A stretch of DNA of 32,000 nt from Dickeya dadantii NCPPB 898 (GCF_000406145.1 NZ_CM001976.1:506930-538929); one strand, 5' to 3'; shown: positions 1-10,021, counted from the first letter of the stretch. The notes: generated by a model not told the origin, from the letters alone. Translations and numbers: made by a program.

Positions 1-501
1 CGGGCTTTTATAGTTGATCACCACCGTGTAGTCGTCCGGCGTGGCAATGCTGTCGATCGGCCCCAGCAGGGATTTGGCGTAGCTGGAGGTGGTTTTCGGG
101 TCGAGAATACGCTCCAGATTGTATTTTACCGCCGCCGCGTCCAGTTTGGTGCCGTCGCTGAACGTCACGTCCTTGCGCAGGTGGAAGGTATAGCGGGTGT
201 TGTTGTCGCTGATTTCCCAGCGTTCGGCCAGCCAGGGCGTAAAACGGTTGTCTTCCGCCTGACCCACCAGCGAATCCACCACGTTGCGGGCCACCAGCGC
301 CGCCACGGAGTAAGCGGTGATGGACGGGTCGATGACCGGGGTGTCGCTGCCCAGCCCGATATTCAACGTGCCGCCCTGCACGGGGGTGACGGTAGCGTCC
401 GCCGCGTGAGCGAAGGGCGATGCGCCCACCGCCAGAGACAGCAACCCTGCGGTGAGTAAGGAAATCCGTGATGCTTTGCTTGCCGGAGATAATGTCGCCA
501 T
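1..501 (-). CDS. ABC transporter substrate-binding protein, family 5 (peptide/nickel/opine type); N-terminal part only, as the gene runs off the left edge
   Basis: I translated the reverse strand by hand from the ATG at 499-501. It gives MATLSPASKASRISLLTAGLLSLAVGASPFAHAADATVTPVQGGTLNIGLGSDTPVIDPS...WLAERWEISDNNTRYTFHLRKDVTFSDGTKLDAAAVKYNLERILDP. That is a signal peptide followed by the typical SBP_bac_5 N-terminal pattern. It is open to the window edge, so it is absent from the ORF track. Confidence 0.75.
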   Translation of the reverse strand, partial: MATLSPASKASRISLLTAGLLSLAVGASPFAHAADATVTPVQGGTLNIGLGSDTPVIDPSITAYSVAALVARNVVDSLVGQAEDNRFTPWLAERWEISDNNTRYTFHLRKDVTFSDGTKLDAAAVKYNLERILDPKTTSSYAKSLLGPIDSIATPDDYTVVINYKSP

Positions 502-691
502 TCCCTGAGTCCTCAAAATCAGCTTATTTAGAAGAAGCATAGTCATGACTACGTACTCTAGGGGGTTGTCAAAACGGTGTAAAAGTATAAAAAATTATTT
601 TTAATTCCTAAAAGGATATAAAAGACGGCTGTTTTTATAAGGCGTTAAGACAAAGGCCACCCTGGGAAGATGGCCTGTTGAGGCAGGAAAC

Positions 692-1234
692 TCAGTGCGC
701 GTGTTGTGCAGTCAGCGCGTTGTCTTCTGACTGATGGGTAATGCGGCTGCGCAGATCGCGTCGCGCCAGTTCGGCAACCCAGAAGCAGAACATGTGGCCG
801 AATATTTCTGAGAAGTGCTCGGCGAACGGCTGGTCCCACGGCGCAGGTACGGTACCGAACAGCGGCAGCAGCACCACATGGAACACGGCCCACAGCACCA
901 GACCGTAAAAAGCGCCTTGCCAGAGCTTGATGCGCGGCCAGAATTCCGCTGCTACGCAATAAAGTACGGTAAAGGTAATCGAAAAGCCGAAATGCATGAT
1001 GAAACTCATGATCGGCCGCGGATTGCCATTGAACAGATAGGTTATATGCGAGAGATCAAACGACATGCCAAGCTGTTGCAATAATTGCTGAGGCGGGTTA
1101 GTCAGATCCCTTTCCGGGGTACGAGGCGGGAAGGGAATTTCCCAGCCGAATTTGGCGATCGCGCAAATGATGCCGGCAATAATGCCAATCATCACCGCCA
1201 ATATGATTTTTTCCTTAACGGTACGAGCCTGCAT
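692..1234 (-). CDS. yagU: YagU-family (DUF1440) inner membrane protein
   Basis: 180-aa ORF with about 3-4 hydrophobic helices. The motifs KIKLWQG, SEIFGH and RRDLRSRITH match my recollection of E. coli YagU. AAGGAG sits upstream of the ATG. Confidence 0.7.
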   Translation of the reverse strand: MQARTVKEKIILAVMIGIIAGIICAIAKFGWEIPFPPRTPERDLTNPPQQLLQQLGMSFDLSHITYLFNGNPRPIMSFIMHFGFSITFTVLYCVAAEFWPRIKLWQGAFYGLVLWAVFHVVLLPLFGTVPAPWDQPFAEHFSEIFGHMFCFWVAELARRDLRSRITHQSEDNALTAQHAH

Positions 1235-1638
1235 GGTATTTCTCCTTGGGGGAACAAAAAAGAAAAGACGAACAGTGAATAATTCACTCTCCTTTAAATA
1301 ATTACGATCGTCTTTGCCGACAGCATACGCCTTTAAACCACGATATTCGAGTATTACTCATTAGTGGTATCTATTTGATGTGTTAATTGTTTTTTCCAAC
1401 CATGACGAATGTGCTTTTATTGAAGGAGATATTAATGTTGGTGGTTTATTGTGACGAAAATGTACGATGATTTATCTGCCAATCGGATAATTTCATTGGT
1501 AAATATTAAGGCGTTATCGGATATGGCAAAAATAATTGGCGTTGCTTGGTTTACTGTTATGATGAAATTTGAATACTGCTGTGACTAACTGGATATTATT
1601 CAGACGCAAATAACATCTGCGCCTGACAAGGATGATGA

Positions 1639-2673
1639 ATGAGAAAAGTGATGTGGCTGGCGGTGTTGCTGGCCGTGCCGTTGCTGGCGTCTTGTATCCG
1701 TTTTTCCAATCCCGCTCCGTATAAAAAGATGCTGCGCGCCCAGTTTGGCGAGCAGTTGCAGTACCTTGATATGACGCGACTTTCCCCTTCGGAACCGTTT
1801 AAATCCTGGCAGGGCGCGTATGCGCTTTATCTGCTCGACCGCAACGACGACCAGACCTTTATGGTTCGCGTTGCCGAAACCGACTCACCGGCGCAGTTTC
1901 TGGCGCGGGTGCAGGCGGAACGAACAGAGAAGACGGCGTTCGTCAAACGGCAGCAGGCGTACCTTGGTCGGTTGCTTAACCTGAACCTGACGGGCGATTT
2001 TTTCTCGCTGGCAGGCAAGGATTTACAGGATAAGGATGAGTGGCTGGTGGCTTATTTCGCCGATCTTTCACAGCTCGGCCAAGATCGGTTTTTTATGTCA
2101 GACGCCAGCCTGAATGCGCTGGCGGCCGCGCTGGCGCAGCACCGCGATCCCAAGCCGACGATCCGGATTTATGACGCCAGCCTGAAAGACAACTACGCCG
2201 GTGTATTGAAAAAACACTATCACGGCGTTAATGAGCTTATCGGCGACGAGCGTTATACCTATCGCGTCAGCCTGGCGGATGGCGGCGCTGTTGCTTATGG
2301 TATCGATAATACCGTCTCTCCCGCGCCGGGGATTGTCGAAGAAAAAAAGACGCCTCTGCATGATCGTTGCTATCAGGTTATTACCCGGCAGATTAGCGAA
2401 AACTATTTTTATCGCACCTATGGCGTTTATATTTCGCCGCTTGGCTTTTATCTGGGCGATTCGGTTATCCGCGAACGTATTCAGGAAAAATTGGGAACCC
2501 GGCCTTATTTTGCTTTTTCGCTACTGGATCAAGTTAACGGTCACAAGGTATTGCGAGGCATTGTGGAATATACCGACTGGAAGAACGGCGATGGAAAACA
2601 GCAGCTGTTTGAATATACCTATTTCTTTGCCGGGGAGCGGGTAGTATTGCGGGATTTACGGGCCGCGCCATAA
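1639..2673 (+). CDS. Putative lipoprotein of unknown function
   Basis: 344-aa ORF. The N-terminus MRKVMWLAVLLAVPLLASC has a lipobox (LLAS|C). I recognise no family. Confidence 0.7.
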   Translation: MRKVMWLAVLLAVPLLASCIRFSNPAPYKKMLRAQFGEQLQYLDMTRLSPSEPFKSWQGAYALYLLDRNDDQTFMVRVAETDSPAQFLARVQAERTEKTAFVKRQQAYLGRLLNLNLTGDFFSLAGKDLQDKDEWLVAYFADLSQLGQDRFFMSDASLNALAAALAQHRDPKPTIRIYDASLKDNYAGVLKKHYHGVNELIGDERYTYRVSLADGGAVAYGIDNTVSPAPGIVEEKKTPLHDRCYQVITRQISENYFYRTYGVYISPLGFYLGDSVIRERIQEKLGTRPYFAFSLLDQVNGHKVLRGIVEYTDWKNGDGKQQLFEYTYFFAGERVVLRDLRAAP

Positions 2674-2725
2674 CGCACACGGCCCGATATTTTTAGGGTA
2701 TTCGGTTCAAGGTATTCGGTGTGGA

Positions 2726-3937
2726 TCAGTCGGCATGGTCCAGCCAGTCGGGTAGATCGTTCAGCCCCATCGCCTGACGCACCAGCGTCGGCTTGATGCC
2801 CGGCAGCGTGTCCGCCAGTTTCAGGCCGATGTCGCGCAGCAGGCCGCCGACCGGATGGGAAGCGGCGAACAGGGTGCGAAAGCCCTGCATACTCGCCAGC
2901 ATCAGCGCGGCGCTGTGCTTGCGGCGCCGTTCGTAGCGCCGCAGATACAGGTGCTGGCCGATGTCCTTGCCCTGCGTCTGCAACCGCTTGAGTTCGGCAA
3001 TCAGTTCCGCCACGTCCATAAAACCGAGGTTGACGCCCTGACCGGCCAGCGGATGAATGGTGTGCGCCGCATCGCCCGTCAGCACCAGCCGGTGAGCGGC
3101 AAAGCTGCGGGCATAGCGCGCGGTGAGCGGGAAGGTTTGACGATCGCTCTCCAACTGGCACAGCCCCAGCCGCATATCGAAGGTCATCGCCAGCTGTTTG
3201 ACGAAGTCGTCGGCGGGCAGCTCGCGCATGTATTGGGCGCGCTCCGGCGGCAGCGACCAGACGATCGAACAGAGATGCGGGTCGCTGAGCGGCAGAAACG
3301 CCAGAATGCCGTCGCCGTGGAACACCTGGCTGGCGATGGCGCCGTGCGGCTGCTCAGTGCGGATATTGGCGACCAGCGCATGATGGCCGTAATCCCAGAA
3401 AGTCAGCGGAATGTCGGCGTGCTGGCGCAACCAGGAGTGCGCGCCGTCGGCTCCCACCACCAGCCGGGCGGTGAGCATGCTGCCGTCTTCCAGCGTAATG
3501 AAGGCTTCGTTCTCGCCCCAGGCGACCTGACGCAACGTGGCGGGCGCCAGCAGGGTGATATCCCGCGACTGGCTTGCCTGCTGCCACAGCGCCCACTGGA
3601 TGACGTCGTTTTCAATAATGTGGCCGAGACGGGAGAAGCCGAACTCTTCACCGCAAAAACGGATATTGCCGAAACTGTCTTTGTCCCAGACATACATTTC
3701 GTTGTAAGGGCTTAACCGCTGTGCGGCAATGCCCGGCCAGACGTTGAGCTTGCGCAGCAGCGCCTCGCTGGCGGCATTGATGGCGGATACGCGCAGCGCG
3801 TGCGGGCCGTTCGCCAGCGGTTCGGTCGCGGTCTGTTTTTCCAGCACCGCGACGCTCAGGCCGCTGCCTTGCAGACCACAGGCCAGCGCCAGCCCCACCA
3901 TTCCCCCACCCGCGATGACCACGTCAAATGATTGCAT
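2726..3937 (-). CDS. ubiI: 2-octaprenylphenol hydroxylase (FAD-dependent ubiquinone biosynthesis monooxygenase UbiI/VisC)
   Basis: The ORF track gives 2726..4000. I trimmed the start to the ATG at 3937 (MQSFDVVIAGGGMVG, a Rossmann GxGxxG motif), because the longer form overlaps the ubiH 3' end. The result is 403 aa, and the position directly downstream of ubiH is as in E. coli. Confidence 0.9.
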   Translation of the reverse strand: MQSFDVVIAGGGMVGLALACGLQGSGLSVAVLEKQTATEPLANGPHALRVSAINAASEALLRKLNVWPGIAAQRLSPYNEMYVWDKDSFGNIRFCGEEFGFSRLGHIIENDVIQWALWQQASQSRDITLLAPATLRQVAWGENEAFITLEDGSMLTARLVVGADGAHSWLRQHADIPLTFWDYGHHALVANIRTEQPHGAIASQVFHGDGILAFLPLSDPHLCSIVWSLPPERAQYMRELPADDFVKQLAMTFDMRLGLCQLESDRQTFPLTARYARSFAAHRLVLTGDAAHTIHPLAGQGVNLGFMDVAELIAELKRLQTQGKDIGQHLYLRRYERRRKHSAALMLASMQGFRTLFAASHPVGGLLRDIGLKLADTLPGIKPTLVRQAMGLNDLPDWLDHAD

Positions 3938-3959
3938 AGAGCATGAATTCCTGTCTGTG

Positions 3960-5138
3960 TTAACGTTCCACCCAACCCAGCGTGCGCCGCGCCAGTACAT
4001 CCCGCAGCAGCGGCAGACTGTTCATCGCCATCAGCCCCAGATTCCGCCCGACTTCCATCGGCAACAGGTGATTGGAGAAGACACGCACCAGCCCGTCGGT
4101 CAAGGCGACCGTAGTGTGCTGATCCGGCTGGCGGCGGCGCTGATAGCGTTGCAACACCGCCTGACTGCCCAGGTCTTCACCCTGCCCGATTGCGGCCGTC
4201 AGCGTTTCCGCCAGCGTCATCACATCGCGCAGGCCGAGGTTGAAACCTTGCCCGGCGATGGGATGCAGGGTTTGCGCCGCGTTGCCCACCAGCGCCAGCC
4301 GGTGGCTGATATGCTGGCCGGCGGTCACCAGCGCCAGCGGATAACTGTGGCGCTCGCCGACCTGCGTGATCGCCCCCAGCCGCCAGCCGAAGGCGCGCTG
4401 CAACTGCTGAAGAAATTGTGCATCGCTCCAGCTATCCACTTCGGCTTGTTGTGATAGCGGGTGGCACCACACCAGCGAACTGCGGCCTTTACTCATCGGC
4501 AGCAGCGCCAGTGGGCCGTGTTCGGTGAAGCGCTCATAGGCACGGCCCTGATGCGCAACGGCTGTGGTAACGTTGGCGATGCTCGCCACCTGTTCATAAG
4601 GCGTTTGCTGCCACTGAATGCCGGCGAGCTGTGCCAGCCGGGAGCGGGAACCGTCGGCCGCCACCAGTAGTTGGCCGCTCAGAAGGGTGCCGTTGTCCAG
4701 CAACAGCGATGCGCCGTCAACCTCCCGGTTGACCTCCACCACCGTTGCCGGGCAGTGCAGCCGCACGCCGGGCGCGTTTTGCAGCAGTGAAAACAGCCGC
4801 TTGCCGGCGTCGTGCAGTTCAACCACGTGGCCCAGCGCCGGCACCCGGTAATCGCTGGCCTGCAACCGCACCCGGCCCGCATGGCCCTGGTCGCTGACGT
4901 GCACGCTGGCGATGGGGGTAGCGACGGGCGCGAGCGCCTGCCAGACGCCGATGGCGTCCAACTGCATACAGGTGCCCTGCGCCAGCGCGATGGCGCGAGC
5001 GTCAAAGCCGGGGTGCTGGTTTTCCTGCGGCGAGCGGGCTTCGATCAGATCCACCGGGATCCGGCCGCCAGACAGGCGGGAGATCGCCAGCGCCAGCGTT
5101 GCGCCCGCCATTCCGCCGCCGACAATCATGACGGTCAT
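3960..5138 (-). CDS. ubiH: 2-octaprenyl-6-methoxyphenol hydroxylase UbiH
   Basis: 392 aa starting MTVMIVGGGMAGATLA (FAD fold). It follows the conserved pepP-ubiH-ubiI order, and its start overlaps the pepP stop by 4 nt (ATGA). Confidence 0.9.
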   Translation of the reverse strand: MTVMIVGGGMAGATLALAISRLSGGRIPVDLIEARSPQENQHPGFDARAIALAQGTCMQLDAIGVWQALAPVATPIASVHVSDQGHAGRVRLQASDYRVPALGHVVELHDAGKRLFSLLQNAPGVRLHCPATVVEVNREVDGASLLLDNGTLLSGQLLVAADGSRSRLAQLAGIQWQQTPYEQVASIANVTTAVAHQGRAYERFTEHGPLALLPMSKGRSSLVWCHPLSQQAEVDSWSDAQFLQQLQRAFGWRLGAITQVGERHSYPLALVTAGQHISHRLALVGNAAQTLHPIAGQGFNLGLRDVMTLAETLTAAIGQGEDLGSQAVLQRYQRRRQPDQHTTVALTDGLVRVFSNHLLPMEVGRNLGLMAMNSLPLLRDVLARRTLGWVER

Positions 5139-6463
5139 GAGGCTTGTCCTGCCGCCCTTGCCATCAGTGCTTCAATCTCTTCCGGATCTTTCACCACGTC
5201 GCCGGTCAGCACGTCATTGCCGCTCTCGGTGATGACGATATCGTCTTCGATACGAATACCGATGCCGCGGTATTCCGGCGGCACATCGGCGTCCGGCGCG
5301 ATATACAGACCCGGCTCGACCGTCAGCACCATGCCCGGCTCCAGCGTACGACCGCGATCGGCGGTGCCGTAATCGCCGACGTCATGCACATCCATGCCCA
5401 GCCAGTGGCTCAGGCCGTGCATGAAGAACTGACGGTGCGCCTGCTCGGCGAACAGGGTGTCGACATCGCCTTGCAGGATGCCGAGTTTGATCAGGCCGCG
5501 CAGCATAATGCGCACCACTTCTTCATTCACTTCGCGGATGCTGCGGCCCGGCGCGAACATCTCGATAGCGCGTACTTCCGATTCCAGCACGATGTCGTAA
5601 ATGGCGCGCTGCGCCGGGGTGAATTTGCCGTTGACCGGGAAGGTGCGGGTGATGTCGCCGGCGTAGCCCTGATACTCGCAACCAGCGTCGATCAGCACCA
5701 GATCGCCGTCGCGCATCTGACATTCGTTTTCGGTGTAGTGCAGAATGCAGGCGTTTTCGCCGCTGCCGACAATGGTGTTATAGGATGGGTAGCGTGCGCC
5801 GTGGCGGGTGAATTCGTGGTGGATTTCCCCTTCCAACTGATATTCGAACATGCCGGGGCGGCATTTCTCCATGGCGCGGGTGTGGGCCAGCGCGCTGATT
5901 TCACCGGCGCGGCGCAGGATGTCGATTTCCGCCGGCGATTTAAACAGGCGCATATCGTGTACCCACGGCCGCCAGTCGGTCAGCGTCGCCGGTGCGTGGA
6001 AGCCTTTGCGCGTGCCGCCGGTGCGCAGGGTTTCCAGCGCGGCGAACACCAGCTTATCGGCGTAGGCGTATTCGCCCTGCGCGTGGTAGACCACATCCAG
6101 GCCGTTGAGCAGCAAATGCAACTGCTCGCCGATCTCACTGAACGGCAGCGCGCGGTCCACGCCCAGTCTGGATGGCGCTGCTTCCTGACCGAGACGACGG
6201 CCGAACCAGATTTCGGCGGTGACGTCGCGCACCCGGTTAAACAGCACGCTGTGATGGTGATTCTCGTCGCTTTTGATCAGCAGCAATGCCGCTTCCGGCT
6301 CATTGAAACCAGTGAAATACCAGAAATCGCTGCTCTGGCGGTAAGGATAGTCGCTGTCCGCGTTACGTTGCGCTTCCGGCGCGGCGAACAGGATCGCCGC
6401 GCTGCCGGGCGCCATCTTGTCCAGAAGGGCCAGACGGCGGCGGAGGTACTCTTGTTGATTCAT
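5135..6463 (-). CDS. pepP: Xaa-Pro aminopeptidase (aminopeptidase P II)
   Basis: 442 aa, near-collinear with my recollection of E. coli PepP (SDFWYFTGFNEPEA, GARYPSYNTIVGSGENACILHYTENE, GIGIRIEDDIVITE). Confidence 0.95.
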   Translation of the reverse strand: MNQQEYLRRRLALLDKMAPGSAAILFAAPEAQRNADSDYPYRQSSDFWYFTGFNEPEAALLLIKSDENHHHSVLFNRVRDVTAEIWFGRRLGQEAAPSRLGVDRALPFSEIGEQLHLLLNGLDVVYHAQGEYAYADKLVFAALETLRTGGTRKGFHAPATLTDWRPWVHDMRLFKSPAEIDILRRAGEISALAHTRAMEKCRPGMFEYQLEGEIHHEFTRHGARYPSYNTIVGSGENACILHYTENECQMRDGDLVLIDAGCEYQGYAGDITRTFPVNGKFTPAQRAIYDIVLESEVRAIEMFAPGRSIREVNEEVVRIMLRGLIKLGILQGDVDTLFAEQAHRQFFMHGLSHWLGMDVHDVGDYGTADRGRTLEPGMVLTVEPGLYIAPDADVPPEYRGIGIRIEDDIVITESGNDVLTGDVVKDPEEIEALMARAAGQAS

Positions 6464-6501
6464 TACCTGCTCCTGAAAAGGGCATCAATGCAGAATGCGT
6501 G

Positions 6502-7086
6502 TTAATGCAGTGTCGGTTTTTTCTTCTCCGGTGCGGTTATCACCGGGCGGGTAAATTCGTTATGGCACATGATGGCCGCCACCCGTACATATTCGATCAC
6601 TTCTTCCAGCGACTGTTCCAGTTCATCTTTGTCTTCATCTTCGTCGTAACCAAGCTGAGCGATGTTGCGCAGATCGTCGATCGCCTCTTTCAGCTCGCCC
6701 TGCGTTTTGCCAAGGCGGGGCTGGACGACGCCGAGACCGAGCAGGAAATGGTTGACCCAGCCGGCCAGCGCGTCGGCGCGGTCGAATACGCTGACGTGCT
6801 CCTGCGTGTCGTCCGGCAGGAACAGCTGGAACAGGAAGCCGTCATCTTCCAGCGCGTCGCGGGTAGCCTGATACAGGTGCTGCAACGGCTGGGCCAGCGT
6901 CTGCGGGAAGGCCATGCCGTCGTTGGTCAGTTCGAACGTCAGCGTTTTCCAACTGTCGTCGTGGTTGCCGCCGCACAGCATGCCGCTTATCAGGCCGTGC
7001 ATTTCGGCGGCGGTTAGCGCTACCTGATGCTGTCGCAGTAGCTGATCGATAGCGTCGTAACCGGGGAGTGTATTCTGTATGGACAT
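6502..7086 (-). CDS. ygfB: UPF0149 family protein YgfB
   Basis: The start is trimmed to MSIQN (ATG at 7084-7086), matching the E. coli YgfB N-terminus. Shared motifs include [14 protein letters not shown] and [16 protein letters not shown], and the C-terminus is KKPTLH. Confidence 0.9.
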   Translation of the reverse strand: MSIQNTLPGYDAIDQLLRQHQVALTAAEMHGLISGMLCGGNHDDSWKTLTFELTNDGMAFPQTLAQPLQHLYQATRDALEDDGFLFQLFLPDDTQEHVSVFDRADALAGWVNHFLLGLGVVQPRLGKTQGELKEAIDDLRNIAQLGYDEDEDKDELEQSLEEVIEYVRVAAIMCHNEFTRPVITAPEKKKPTLH

Positions 7087-7171
7087 GAGCATTCATCGTC
7101 GTTGGCGGGTCGTTCGTGTTATGCTACCACCAAGCTCCGTTGCTATACCAGCAAGCTCCGTCGCCAGACCA

Positions 7172-7294
7172 TACCCAATAGATTTCAAGCGGCAGAAAGG
7201 CGGCAACCGTGCGAATCCCCAGGAGCTTACATCAGTAAGTGACTGGGGTGAGCGAGGGCAGCCAACGCACCTGCAACTTGAAATATGGCGGGTA
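7172..7294. repeat. ERIC / IRU (enterobacterial repetitive intergenic consensus) element
   Basis: It contains GAATCCCCAGGAGCTTACAT and AGTAAGTGACTGGGGTGAGCG, the ERIC1R-complement and ERIC2 primer sites. The arms are imperfectly palindromic (TACCCAATAGATTTCAAG ... CTTGAAATATGGCGGGTA). It lies in the ygfB/zapA divergent intergenic region. Confidence 0.85.
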
Positions 7295-7418
7295 TAAAGG
7301 GCTTGTATCTTCTATTGTGGATATATATAGTAGCGCCCGCTTTTTCCCGGCTCCGTCACGGGCCGCGCAGCGGATGTCCCTCATGCGGGCGTGAAACGAA
7401 ATAAGGCAGGAAGGTGAC

Positions 7419-7748
7419 ATGTCTGCACAACCGGTAGATATTCAGATTTTTGGCCGTTCGTTAAGAGTCAATTGCCCGCCAGAACAGCAGGATGCGCTGA
7501 ATCAGGCTGCGGAGGATCTTAACCAGCGGTTGCAGGACCTTAAGGTTCGTACCCGGGTGACGAACACGGAGCAGTTGGTGTTCATCGCGGCGCTCAACGT
7601 GTGCCACGAGCTGGCGCAGGAGCGGTTGAAAACCCGCGATTATGCCGCCAATATGGAACAGCGTATTCGTATGCTGCAGCAGACGATTGAACAAGCGTTG
7701 CTGGAGCAAGGCCGTATTACCGAGCGTCAGGGCGCGCAATTTGAGTAG
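7419..7748 (+). CDS. zapA: Cell division protein ZapA
   Basis: 109 aa starting [31 protein letters not shown]. It lies between ygfB and ssrS, as in E. coli. Confidence 0.92.
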   Translation: MSAQPVDIQIFGRSLRVNCPPEQQDALNQAAEDLNQRLQDLKVRTRVTNTEQLVFIAALNVCHELAQERLKTRDYAANMEQRIRMLQQTIEQALLEQGRITERQGAQFE

Positions 7749-7830
7749 CGCGTCTCGTTTTGACAAAAGTACGGTTTTTTGGGGTAACACATCGCTGCCA
7801 GACATGATAAGGTAGCGGTGAAAGAACAAA

Positions 7831-8014
7831 ATTTCTCTGAGATGTTCGTCAGCGGGCAAGTCCCCTGAGCCGATATTTCAACCAACAGAATGTAACGATC
7901 CGTAGTTGGTGAGCACGCTCGGTTCGGCCGAGAAGCCTTAAGATTGCGACGTTGCGTTCACCTTGAACCAAGGGTTCAAGGGTTACAGCCTGCGGCGGCA
8001 TCTCGGAGATTCCC
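7831..8014 (+). ncRNA. ssrS: 6S RNA (SsrS)
   Basis: The sequence runs ATTTCTCTGAGATGTTCG...CACCTTGAACCAAGGGTTCAAGGGTTACAGCCTGCGGCGGCATCTCGGAGATTCCC. Both ends are nearly identical to my recollection of E. coli 6S RNA. It is 184 nt long and sits between zapA and ygfA. Confidence 0.95.
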
Positions 8015-8067
8015 TCTCGTATTTATTCCCCTTTGATTGCATGTTCATTACATGAAAGTGACTGCGC

Positions 8068-8682
8068 ATGAATCCAGCCAGTGCTGCTTCCGACCTTTCT
8101 TCCATTACGGCATTACGCCAGCAAATCCGTCAGCAGGTTCGTCAGCGTCGTCGTGCGTTAAGCCGCGAGCAGCAAGCTATTTTTGCCGGTCAGGCCGCTG
8201 AACGGGCAATGGCGCACCCGCGTCTTGGCGACGCCAGACGGGTGGCGCTGTTTCTGTCGTTTGACGGCGAGCTGGATACCCAACCGCTGATCGAAGCGCT
8301 ATGGCAGCGGCAAAAACAGGTTTACCTGCCGGTGTTGCACCCGTTCTGCAACGGGCATCTGCTGTTTTTGCGTTATGCGCCGGACAGCGAACTGGTGTGG
8401 AACCGGCTGAAGATTCAGGAGCCGCGGCTGGATGTGCGCCAGGTGCTGCCGGTGGAGCGACTGGACGTGCTGTTGACGCCGTTGGTGGCGTTCGACGCCG
8501 CCGGACAGCGGCTTGGCATGGGCGGCGGATTTTATGACCGCACGTTGCAGCACTGGCAATCGCGCGGTCCGTATCCCATCGGGCTGGCGCACGACTGCCA
8601 GCAGGTGGATGCGTTGCCGGTAGAAAGCTGGGACGTGCCGTTGCCGGAAATTATCACCCCGTCCCGCCATTGGCGCTGGTGA
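8068..8682 (+). CDS. ygfA: 5-formyltetrahydrofolate cyclo-ligase
   Basis: 204-aa ORF immediately downstream of ssrS, the conserved ssrS-ygfA unit. It carries a GMGGGFYDR motif. Confidence 0.88.
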   Translation: MNPASAASDLSSITALRQQIRQQVRQRRRALSREQQAIFAGQAAERAMAHPRLGDARRVALFLSFDGELDTQPLIEALWQRQKQVYLPVLHPFCNGHLLFLRYAPDSELVWNRLKIQEPRLDVRQVLPVERLDVLLTPLVAFDAAGQRLGMGGGFYDRTLQHWQSRGPYPIGLAHDCQQVDALPVESWDVPLPEIITPSRHWRW

Positions 8683-8695
8683 GAACGCAGCGGGC

Positions 8696-9952
8696 TTAAC
8701 TCGCCGCCGGCATCGGCGTTTGCCGGTCGTGCCCGAGCATTTGCTGCACCAGCTCCACGCAGCGCAGAAAGCGGCTGTCGTAGTCTGATTCGGTGACGTG
8801 AACGTACGGCACGTTATTTTCCGCCAGCATACTCTTGAGCACATCCTGAAACGCCTGGCGATCCGCCGCGCTGCCCAGACTGCGCAGGCCGTCCGCCACC
8901 CAGGGGGTGTTGTTCTCCAGCAGAATCACCAGATCAAAGCGGTACTCTTCAACCAGCGCTTGCACGAACGGGTGTTCGCGGCCTTCGTATTTTTTGCAAA
9001 ACGCCTGCGTGGTGATGAAGTCGGTGTCGATAAACGCCACTTTATTGGCGTATTTCACCGCGAAATCAATGTACTGGGCCTGGCCGAGCGCGATTTTGTC
9101 GTAATCCGAATACTGTAGCGCCATTTCGTCGCCGCCCAGGTGGGAAAACACGTAGTCGCGGCCGTATTCCCAGGCGCTAGTGGTATTGAAAATGTTGGCC
9201 AGCTTGTTGACCAGCGTGGACTTGCCGCTGGATTCGCCGCCCAGAATCGCCACGGTGCGCACGAAGAACGGTTTCACCTCGGTGGGGATATATTCCCAGT
9301 AGCGGAACGGATCCTGACGGATCTGCGCGCCGCTGATGCTCATGAAGGAGCGTTTGGGGTCGATCAGCACGGTTTCGATGCCGAGATGTTCTTTGTACTG
9401 CGACGCGTCCTGCTCTTCGCTGGTGTAGACGTAGCGGGGGTCGATGCCTTTTTCCGACATGAACTGTTTAATGCCGCGGCTCCACACGTCCCAGCCGTGC
9501 GGGTAGGGTTCCATCCCCTGTTCGTTGAAGGCGTGAATGTGGATATTTTTCTGATACTTGAAAGTTTGCAGCAGCCAGCGCAGGCGGTCGCTGACGGTTG
9601 GCTGTTGCGACATGGAGCTGTGCTCGAACAGCAGGCGGTCGCGCGGTTCGTCGTAGCCCAGAATCACGTGTAGTTCGTCTATCTGGCTACAGGCGCGCTG
9701 AATCAGATAAATGTGGCCGGTGTGCAGCGGATAAAACTTGCCGAATACCACGCCGATGCTTTTTTGCTGATAAGGAAATTCCAGCCCCAGAAAGCGGTGC
9801 AGCGACTCCAGCTTCTGGGCGCTGGGGCTTTTGATTTTGGCGTTGAGCAACTGGCTCAGGTAGCCTTTGGTCATACCCGCGGCATCGGCGACCTGTTGCA
9901 GGGTACAGCCTTTTTGTCTGATGGCTGTTTTCAGGTAATCGTAGGGAGACAT
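8696..9952 (-). CDS. nadR: Trifunctional NAD biosynthesis/regulator protein NadR
   Basis: 418 aa, collinear with E. coli NadR. It has an HTH region (GMTKGYLSQLLNAK), FGKFYPLHTGHIYLIQRA and a P-loop (GGESSGKSTL). Confidence 0.95.
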   Translation of the reverse strand: MSPYDYLKTAIRQKGCTLQQVADAAGMTKGYLSQLLNAKIKSPSAQKLESLHRFLGLEFPYQQKSIGVVFGKFYPLHTGHIYLIQRACSQIDELHVILGYDEPRDRLLFEHSSMSQQPTVSDRLRWLLQTFKYQKNIHIHAFNEQGMEPYPHGWDVWSRGIKQFMSEKGIDPRYVYTSEEQDASQYKEHLGIETVLIDPKRSFMSISGAQIRQDPFRYWEYIPTEVKPFFVRTVAILGGESSGKSTLVNKLANIFNTTSAWEYGRDYVFSHLGGDEMALQYSDYDKIALGQAQYIDFAVKYANKVAFIDTDFITTQAFCKKYEGREHPFVQALVEEYRFDLVILLENNTPWVADGLRSLGSAADRQAFQDVLKSMLAENNVPYVHVTESDYDSRFLRCVELVQQMLGHDRQTPMPAAS

Positions 9953-10021
9953 GGTCTGACACTCCGGTGTGGCGGATGATGTGCTTATGGTAAAGCGCTG
10001 GCCGGCAAAACCTAATGAAAA

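Noticed and set aside
181-459. 92-aa plus-strand ORF at the left edge.
   Set aside because: It lies antisense to a clearly protein-like, edge-truncated substrate-binding protein gene (minus strand, ATG at 499-501), and its translation is Arg/Gly/His-rich.
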